DNA of 64,000 nucleotides from a virus (Duplodnaviria; Caudoviricetes): IMG/VR virus record IMGVR_UViG_3300033146_000601, positions 1,621 to 65,620 of that record; one strand, 5' to 3'. Shown piece by piece: positions 57,216 to 64,000 of this stretch (position 1 is its first letter; each line of letters starts with the position of its first letter). The notes under the pieces were generated by a model. It saw only the letters and a program-made list of their open reading frames with translations, ran no database searches and was not told where the DNA came from. The position numbers and the translations under genes were made by a program.

Positions 57216-58553
57216 CTAGTTAACTAAAAAATTATCATTTAAATGTTCATTATATTCTTTATGTATAATATTGCCAATTCGTTTAATATCTGGTAAAAAC
57301 ATATCAATAAAATTTTCATCAAATAATGAAACAACTATTGCTTCAGATTTATTTTCATATTTTCTCAAAATTCGACCAGTACATTGTATAAATGATTTTT
57401 GACCAGATAAAGGAGATCCAAATATTAATGCATCTAATCTAGGAATATCTAATCCAGCTCCAGCAAATTTATAAGTTGCAATAATAACATTTGATGTTTC
57501 TCCTATTTCAGTACTTTTGCTATATAATAATTCATTATCAATATTATGATAAGTTAATTGATCAGATATTAATTGTACTTGATCGACTGTCATACAAATA
57601 ATTAATATATTTTTATTCATATTTCTTAATTTTATAACAGTTGATATTAAACAATCGAAATATTTTTGAGATTTAACAATATTTTTATTATACATTGCTC
57701 GTTGTTTAACAAAATCAGATACTTTTTCAATATATTTATAATTTTTTAATTCAGAATTAAAAAATTGTATATAAAATTTAGGTATTATTTCATATTGTTT
57801 ACTTGAAAATATAATATCACCAATTGTATTATGCATTAATATTTTTTGATAATTATGATGAAATGGAGTTGCACTCAATCCAATTACATTTTTAGTTCTA
57901 AATAATAAACTAATTTTTGAATTTAATTGTGCTGCTGAGCTAGCATGAACTTCATCAAATATAACTAATCCAAATTTTGCCGTATCAACTTCATTAAAAA
58001 TTTTAATAATATTATCTTTCATTTTTGACCCTAATGTTTGGGACATACATAACACTATTTTTTTATTTTTATGAGATATAATATTTTGCGAAAACAATCC
58101 AATATCAGATTCACATAATTTAGTAAACTTTAAAATAGATTCAATCCATTGTTTTAATAATTTTTTATTATTCACAATAATTGCAGTTTTATATCCTAAT
58201 TTAGAAGCTAAATATATAGCCAATACAGTTTTTCCAACACCAGTTGGAAGTTTTAAAATCCCATTAACATACCCTTGTTCATTTAATATATTATTAAATA
58301 CATTAAATGCTTTTTGTTGTTCCGGTCTAAGTTTTACTGAATGGTTAAATTTTATTTCAACTTTTTTTGGAGTTATTTGTTTTTTACCTTCCCATTCAAT
58401 TAAATGAATAGAAGAATATTTTTTAGCAAATAATCTTGGTAAAAACGTAATAGTATTTGTTTTAAGTAATTCATACATTTCCCAATGTTCACTCAATTCA
58501 TCATGATTTGCGATAAAATTAGAAATATTTTTATTTTCAATATATGTCCACAT
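57216..58553 (-). CDS. SF2 helicase (UvsW/RadD-like)
   Basis: LRPEQ, LPTGVGKT, FDEVH, GLSATP, GLDIP, QCTGRILR. Confidence 0.9.
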   Translation of the reverse strand: MWTYIENKNISNFIANHDELSEHWEMYELLKTNTITFLPRLFAKKYSSIHLIEWEGKKQITPKKVEIKFNHSVKLRPEQQKAFNVFNNILNEQGYVNGILKLPTGVGKTVLAIYLASKLGYKTAIIVNNKKLLKQWIESILKFTKLCESDIGLFSQNIISHKNKKIVLCMSQTLGSKMKDNIIKIFNEVDTAKFGLVIFDEVHASSAAQLNSKISLLFRTKNVIGLSATPFHHNYQKILMHNTIGDIIFSSKQYEIIPKFYIQFFNSELKNYKYIEKVSDFVKQRAMYNKNIVKSQKYFDCLISTVIKLRNMNKNILIICMTVDQVQLISDQLTYHNIDNELLYSKSTEIGETSNVIIATYKFAGAGLDIPRLDALIFGSPLSGQKSFIQCTGRILRKYENKSEAIVVSLFDENFIDMFLPDIKRIGNIIHKEYNEHLNDNFLVN

Positions 58554-58560
58554 GTAAAAA

Positions 58561-60153
58561 CTATCCTTTGTCTGGGTTTAAAGCTGAATATTTATTTGAT
58601 ATGATATTGTCTCTTAATGTTTTTGTTAATTTATATTTTTCAGATTTAGTTACATAAAATATTTGATCAACTTCATTAACTAACATATTCATATTAGACA
58701 ATGATGAATTTTTAATATAGATTGGAATTTTGATTGAATCAAATAAATATTTTTTTATTCCATCCGGAGATAAATATATATGAACAATATCATTATAATT
58801 TAAAGTAATTGAATCTAAATATGTTAATGATGGATCTATATCCGTAATCACATGCTCATCAGGAATATTATATTTTGATGAATTAGATTGTTTAATATTT
58901 GAAATAATACTATCAACTGATGGTTTTGTTTTTTTTTCAATAGTTGATATATTTGGGATAGTATTTTTTGAACTTTTACTAATACTAATTTTATCTGTTA
59001 CTAATTTAATAACTTCAAAAGTTTTATCAAATATAATTTTATTTGAATCATTTCTTAATGCTGCACTTGGATGAATTATTGGAATAATATTATTAAATAC
59101 TTGTCCACTATTTTCAATAATTGATCCTGAAATGTCAAACGATTCCATTGCATGTTTTCCAATAGGAATATAGATTTTTGCTGGAAATTTATCTATAATA
59201 TATTTAAGATTTGGTTTACATTTTTTAATAACTTGATTAAGTTTCTTATCAGTTTTTCCAGTATCTGCTTGTGTACGTGTACTACACATTATAATATTAG
59301 ATATTATATATGTAATATTTGGATTAATATTTAATAATTTTGATCTAAATAATTTTCCAGATTCACCAACTAATAATCTATTATATAAACTTTCATCATA
59401 CCCAGGATTTAATAAAATAAATCCAATATCTACAGGTTCAACTTTCAATAAATTGGAATCCACTGCAATTAATTTATTATTAAACAATGGACAAGATTGA
59501 CAATTTTTACTATTCATCTTTTTTGCATTTAATTCAATATTAATATTTATTATATCTTCAGACAATGGAATTGATAATTGATCTTCTATTTTTGAATTAA
59601 TATCTATTTGAGATTCTGTATTATTATTTTGAGAATAATTAGCAATTTTTAAATTTAATTTGCTAGTTTCCCCATTTATTAATTTATTAATTGTCTCTAA
59701 ATATTCGATATCATTCTTTAGCATTTCATACAAAAAATTTAATTCTAAATCATTAATATATGAATTTTTTATCATATTAAAATAAGTTTTTAATAAACTT
59801 TTAATTATTGGTTTATTATGATCTTTTAAATCATTAAATTTAATAAAATATAATTTATCTACATTATTCATTTGCATAATAAATTTAATTGAATTTATCA
59901 TTTCCATTTCATCAAATGAATAAAAATCAAATTTATTATTCATATAAGTATTAATATATTTAATTATATATGGATTGCTATAATTATAACTAATTAATCG
60001 TTTAAATATTTCTCGTTTATTAACATTATATTTTGATAATATCTGCGAAAAATTATTATTATTTGAGTCTTGTAAAATATATAAACTTAATAATTTTAAA
60101 AAATCAATATAATTAGTTTTCTTTTTTATCGTTTTTCCTTTGGCATCAGTCAA
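58561..60153 (-). CDS. Fusion: unknown N-domain, family-4 UDG-like domain, putative PolB N-terminal domain
   Basis: CQSCPL, NPG, LVGESG, NIIMC, HPSAALR; C-terminal YLDSITLNYNDIVHIYLSPDGIKK resembles the T4 gp43 N-terminus. Confidence 0.7.
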   Translation of the reverse strand: MTDAKGKTIKKKTNYIDFLKLLSLYILQDSNNNNFSQILSKYNVNKREIFKRLISYNYSNPYIIKYINTYMNNKFDFYSFDEMEMINSIKFIMQMNNVDKLYFIKFNDLKDHNKPIIKSLLKTYFNMIKNSYINDLELNFLYEMLKNDIEYLETINKLINGETSKLNLKIANYSQNNNTESQIDINSKIEDQLSIPLSEDIININIELNAKKMNSKNCQSCPLFNNKLIAVDSNLLKVEPVDIGFILLNPGYDESLYNRLLVGESGKLFRSKLLNINPNITYIISNIIMCSTRTQADTGKTDKKLNQVIKKCKPNLKYIIDKFPAKIYIPIGKHAMESFDISGSIIENSGQVFNNIIPIIHPSAALRNDSNKIIFDKTFEVIKLVTDKISISKSSKNTIPNISTIEKKTKPSVDSIISNIKQSNSSKYNIPDEHVITDIDPSLTYLDSITLNYNDIVHIYLSPDGIKKYLFDSIKIPIYIKNSSLSNMNMLVNEVDQIFYVTKSEKYKLTKTLRDNIISNKYSALNPDKG

Positions 60154-60189
60154 TATGCATCTCCATATAATTTTAGTTAAAAAAAATTA

Positions 60190-60222
60190 TTTGGATCATA
60201 ATCATAATAATTATGATCCAAA
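60190..60222. terminator. Intrinsic terminator
   Basis: TTTGGATCATAAT/ATTATGATCCAAA stem. Confidence 0.75.
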
Positions 60223-60232
60223 TTTTTAAGGG

Positions 60233-60736
60233 TTACAATTCAGCTAGTAGGGAATCTAGGGCTGAATCCAGGGACTGTTTACTCTTTCCTCCTCCACCTG
60301 GTTTGGAAACGGCATCAGATTTACACAATTTGGTTAAAATTAGCTTCTCAGCCTTTTTAGCCTTATCGGTTAGGGGAGTAGCATAATCAGGGACTAATCC
60401 TCCTTTTTTATTGGTTTTTTTTTCATATGCATTATCATCAGCTTCTAAAACTCTATTTCTAATTCCGGATTTTAATGTTTGTAAGATTCGATTTACCTGA
60501 TGCTTTGTTAAACCTGTGGCCTTTGCCATTTCATCATATGTTTGACTCTTAATATTAGCCATAACATAATCAATTTTTTCTGAATCAATAATGATGTCAT
60601 TTCTTTTTTTCTTTTCAGGAACTACTTTTTCTACTTCTTCTACAGTTTCTACAGTTTCCATACTTTCTTCTACATTGGTTTCTGTTTCTGCATTTACATC
60701 TTCAACAGTTGAAAACGGTGGGGTTGTGAAAGCCAT
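60233..60736 (-). CDS. HTH DNA-binding protein with acidic N-terminus and LDSLLAEL tail
   Basis: TYDEMAKATGLTKHQVNRIL helix-turn-helix; RBS AAGGAG; two promoter cores upstream. Confidence 0.7.
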   Translation of the reverse strand: MAFTTPPFSTVEDVNAETETNVEESMETVETVEEVEKVVPEKKKRNDIIIDSEKIDYVMANIKSQTYDEMAKATGLTKHQVNRILQTLKSGIRNRVLEADDNAYEKKTNKKGGLVPDYATPLTDKAKKAEKLILTKLCKSDAVSKPGGGGKSKQSLDSALDSLLAEL

Positions 60737-60805
60737 TGTAATACTCCTTATGTTTAGTTTTTGTTTTTTTATTTTTTCACAAAGAAAAAATAATTTGTTA
60801 TTGAG

Positions 60806-60885
60806 ATAATTTCTATATTAAATCTTTGAATATTAAATTCATGACTTAAATAAAATTATATCTATTATAAGTTAATTTCTATATA
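60806..60885 (-). promoter_or_regulatory. Two phage promoters
   Basis: Cores at 60806-60818 (with ATTC at N11) and 60872-60885. Confidence 0.65.
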
Positions 60886-61013
60886 TTTTTTGACATGCGA
60901 AAAAATACATGAATATAACATATTGAAATTATTAGATATTTTTGTCAATATTTAACTAAAAACTAATAATTAACTTTATTCACATATTTTTTACAATAAA
61001 ATATACATTGATT

Positions 61014-62807
61014 TTATGATTTTTTGTCTAACACAATATTTAATATAGTATTAAAGCAAAATTGTTCATGATTTAATATAGATCGTTTTAAATCCGAATC
61101 TAAAATTACTTGATTCATATAATTTTGTTTTTCAATAGTATCTGGCCATTCAACAACATATTCTATGCCTGAACGGAGTACTTGTTTAATTTGATCCGCC
61201 TCCATTTGACCTAGCCCTTTAAATCTTTCAATATAATATTTTTTATTTTTATATTGAGCAATTAATGATTCATCAAATAATGGAATATATTCTTTTTTAT
61301 TCAATGCTGCATATAATGGTGGAATCATAACACTGACCCGTTTTTGTTTTATCATATCTGGAGCAAATTTTTGCAAAGCCAATAAAACCAACACAGAAAT
61401 GTGTCTTCCATCAGAATCAGCATCTGCTAATATTTTTATATATTTGTATCGTCTATTATTTTCTGTTCCTATTGCTTCTCTTAAATCGGTTAATTCTTTA
61501 TTTTTACCAATTTTATCAGCAGTAGCTTTTAATACATTAAGAACTTTACCTTTTAATGGGAAAATAGCTTCAGTTTTAATATTACGAGTACGTTTCAATG
61601 GACCAGCAGCACTATCTCCTTCTACAATATATAACACGTCTCCATATTTATTTGTGCAATCACACAATTTATTAGAGGCTTTAATAAATTTATTATTACC
61701 ATTTGAGCTTATTAATTTTTTATGTAATTTGTGTTCAATATTTTGTTGAATAGTTTGCATAATATTTTTATCAAAATATTTAGTTAATTTTGAACTGATT
61801 TTATTAAGTAAATAAGTAATATCACTAATAGTTCTAGTTTTAGCCTGTGAATCAAATTTAGGTTCATTAACCGTAACATTAACATATAAATTAATTCCTA
61901 ATAGAAATAAATTTGGATTAATATTTTTATATTTATATCCAAATTTAGTTTGTAAAATATGTTTGATACATGTTTGAATGTTTGTTAAATATGTACCAGA
62001 ACATGGTCTCAAATTTATATCACCAATAATATTCATTTTTTGGGAATTTTCATAATTAATATAAATTGATAATTGTTCAGAATCATCTGTCATAGAAATG
62101 ACATTTAATTCTGATTCATCAACTTTTAATAATTCTGAAACATATGTTTTCATTGGGCGTTTTGTCAATTGTTTATCGTTAAAATAAAAATCAGATGTAA
62201 GATATTGAGATTGAGCTAATTTTAATCTATTAACAACTGATTGTAAATCAATATGCATAAGATCAAAATATTTAGAATTTGGTTGAAAATTAATTAATGT
62301 TGAATAATTATCATTATCTTCTAATATTTCTTTACTTATAAAAATTGAATTTTTAAAAATATATTGATAAACTTTAGTTTTATCATTTTTTAATCTAGTT
62401 TTAATCATTACATAATTTGATAAAGCATTAACAATTACTAATCCCATACCATTTTGACCAAATAAAGTCTTATAGTTAGTAGTATCGAATTTAGCACCAG
62501 TATGTAATTCTGTACATAATAATATAACAGAATCTATTAATTCCCCATTTGAATTTTCCATATCATATACATTTAACCCTCGACCATCATCTTCAACTTG
62601 AATAATAAAATTGTCGAGATCAAAATATACTTTACATGTTTTTGCTAATTTGTTTGATATTTCATCAATCGCATTATCTAATGCTTCTGTAAGTAATTGA
62701 TCTGGTGTATTACCTTCTCCAATATAAACATGTTTACGAGTACGGATGCCTTCAACATCAGTTAATGCTGTGTATTTAATATTTTTTTTCTTTTTTTTAG
62801 TTGTCAT
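61014..62807 (-). CDS. Type IIA topoisomerase, GyrB/ParE-like subunit
   Basis: EALDNAIDE, DDGRG, LHTGAKF, GQNGMG, FDSQAK, VEGDSA, PLKGKVLN, ADADSDG.HI, RFKGLGQM. Confidence 0.95.
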   Translation of the reverse strand: MTTKKKKKNIKYTALTDVEGIRTRKHVYIGEGNTPDQLLTEALDNAIDEISNKLAKTCKVYFDLDNFIIQVEDDGRGLNVYDMENSNGELIDSVILLCTELHTGAKFDTTNYKTLFGQNGMGLVIVNALSNYVMIKTRLKNDKTKVYQYIFKNSIFISKEILEDNDNYSTLINFQPNSKYFDLMHIDLQSVVNRLKLAQSQYLTSDFYFNDKQLTKRPMKTYVSELLKVDESELNVISMTDDSEQLSIYINYENSQKMNIIGDINLRPCSGTYLTNIQTCIKHILQTKFGYKYKNINPNLFLLGINLYVNVTVNEPKFDSQAKTRTISDITYLLNKISSKLTKYFDKNIMQTIQQNIEHKLHKKLISSNGNNKFIKASNKLCDCTNKYGDVLYIVEGDSAAGPLKRTRNIKTEAIFPLKGKVLNVLKATADKIGKNKELTDLREAIGTENNRRYKYIKILADADSDGRHISVLVLLALQKFAPDMIKQKRVSVMIPPLYAALNKKEYIPLFDESLIAQYKNKKYYIERFKGLGQMEADQIKQVLRSGIEYVVEWPDTIEKQNYMNQVILDSDLKRSILNHEQFCFNTILNIVLDKKS

Positions 62808-62817
62808 AAAACTTCTC

Positions 62818-63009
62818 CTATATTAAAGATATGTATTTTTTTAAATATTTAACAAACATATAGCCAATAATAAAAAATAATATATAATTAATAATATTTA
62901 ATAATAAATAACTAATTAATAAACCAATTGAAAATATAATAATAGCAAAAAATATACATAATAATGACATAAAAATAACATAATAGTGTTCTATTAATGA
63001 ATCACTCAT
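62818..63009 (-). CDS. Small membrane protein
   Basis: Two hydrophobic segments, RBS GGAGG, promoter at 63047-63072. Confidence 0.6.
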   Translation of the reverse strand: MSDSLIEHYYVIFMSLLCIFFAIIIFSIGLLISYLLLNIINYILFFIIGYMFVKYLKKYISLI

Positions 63010-63046
63010 AATAATTTCCTCCGCAAATAAAAGATTATATATTTAA

Positions 63047-63072
63047 TTAATTTCTATATATAATTATTGAAT
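63047..63072 (-). promoter_or_regulatory. Phage promoter ATTC-N11-ATAGAAAT
   Basis: Full bipartite motif overlapping the NADAR stop. Confidence 0.65.
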
Positions 63073-63504
63073 GTTATGTCTAATTTTCATCAACAGCTGA
63101 CCTAATATATTTTGTCCTGTAATAGATCTGCATTTAGGACAATTACAACTTCCCCAATAGTTATCGTGCCAATAATTACCTTCAATTAATTCTGAATCTC
63201 CAGTATTAATTAATAAAATTCCAAGTTTAAGGTTTTGTGTAAATTTTAAATTAAGAATTATACACATGCTATTAAGTTTGACTTTGTTCCAATCAGATCT
63301 TAAAATTATAGTTTTCCCCATTTTTTTAGTTTCCGCTGCTGTTTTAAGTAATCTTATTTTTTCTCGGATTTTTAAATCTTTAGTTTTGCAAGCTTGATAA
63401 ATATGTTCGGCACTTGGCCAAATAATATTATCTATTTCAATATTACATAAATAAAAATTACTTAAAAAGAAATGATTTTTTTTAAAACTAGTTATTGGTC
63501 GCAT
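63064..63504 (-). CDS. NADAR (YbiA-like) family hydrolase
   Basis: FLSNFY, SAEHIYQACK, LRSDW, KFTQN, TGDSELIEGN...D.YWG, GQNILGQLLMKIR. Confidence 0.9.
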   Translation of the reverse strand: MRPITSFKKNHFFLSNFYLCNIEIDNIIWPSAEHIYQACKTKDLKIREKIRLLKTAAETKKMGKTIILRSDWNKVKLNSMCIILNLKFTQNLKLGILLINTGDSELIEGNYWHDNYWGSCNCPKCRSITGQNILGQLLMKIRHNIQ

Positions 63505-63535
63505 ATATTTCTCCTTAAAAATTATGGATTTAATT

Positions 63536-63550
63536 TATAATTTCTATATA
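63536..63550 (-). promoter_or_regulatory. Phage promoter core
   Basis: TATATAGAAATTATA on the minus strand, upstream of NADAR. Confidence 0.6.
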
Positions 63551-63612
63551 AGTTATGAAATTAAAATACTTAAAAAATTTTTTTTTTAAAAAATGAACAT
63601 AGGGAAATATAT

Positions 63613-64000
63613 TTCTTAATAATTAAGAATATATTATGTCTCCCATCGTATATTGGTAAATTTGGTACAAATTTATATATGTATATATGTTTAATATATA
63701 GTTAATAATAAATTTAAATATAAATTTATATAGTTAATAATAAATTTAAATATAAATTAATTATTGAATTATTTAATAATAGAATAATATAATAATTATA
63801 TATGTTGATAATAGATTATGTCTAGGATGTTTGCTAAGTTTGGGTTTATCTTTGTCTAAATATTAGTTTATCATTATCTAAATATATTCTTAATAATTAA
63901 GAATATATTATGTCTCCCATCGTATATTGGTAAATTTGGTACAAATTTATATATGTATATATGTTTAATATATAGTTAATAATAAATTTAAATATAAATT
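63613..64000. repeat. Perfect direct repeat of at least 114 bp (period 274 bp) plus a 32-bp tandem duplication
   Basis: 63613-63726 equals 63887-64000; 63695-63726 equals 63727-63758; unit begins with the inverted repeat TTCTTAAT-A-ATTAAGAA. Confidence 0.9.

Noticed and set aside
18877-60153. Uracil-substituted genome suggested by degenerate dUTPase and UDG
   Set aside because: No positive evidence such as a UDG inhibitor or dCTP deaminase in the window; it cannot be inferred from sequence.
2503-61749. Numerous 60-135-aa ORFs antisense or out of frame within large genes
   Set aside because: Shadow ORFs expected from AT-rich codon usage; no RBS or motifs.
1-64000. Bacterial chromosome or eukaryotic giant virus as the source
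   Set aside because: Sheath, tube and neck genes, Shine-Dalgarno sites, split RNAP subunits and absence of ribosomal-protein context indicate a tailed phage.
1-64000. Stop-codon reassignment
   Set aside because: Long genes are intact in the standard code, and TAA, TAG and TGA all end genes; only one small ORF (3798-3980) has an internal TAA.
63613-64000. CRISPR array
   Set aside because: Repeat unit exceeds 110 bp, there are no regular unique spacers, and no cas genes apart from the distant Csx3-like ORF.

Overview
A very AT-rich 64 kb segment of a jumbo myophage genome. Genes are almost all on the minus strand after a plus-strand tail module (sheath and two tube paralogs). It has T4-like structural and replication genes: sheath, gp19-like tubes, gp13-like neck, gp45-like clamp, family B DNA polymerase, RNase H/FEN, UvsW-like helicase, topoisomerase II and ATP-dependent ligase. 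It also encodes two complete multi-subunit RNA polymerase cores split in opposite ways: RNAP-A has intact beta and split beta', RNAP-B has split beta and intact beta'. A dispersed 7-deazaguanine DNA-modification pathway is present (FolE2, QueD, QueE, QueC, DpdA/TGT-like). The DNA polymerase appears to be in three pieces, with its N-terminal domain fused to a UDG-like protein. Candidate counter-defence genes are a Csx3-like ring nuclease, NADAR and a Lar-like protein. Outside the ORFs there is a bipartite phage promoter, ATTC-N11-ATAGAAAT (about 18 copies of the core). Three GC-enriched, heavily base-paired non-coding regions (21781-22058, 35488-35695, 48122-48312) look like an undescribed ncRNA family expressed from that promoter. 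There are also IS200/IS605-like end hairpins with a possible IscB remnant, and an AT-rich direct-repeat region at the right edge. All protein assignments come from motif recognition by eye; no searches or folding programs were run.
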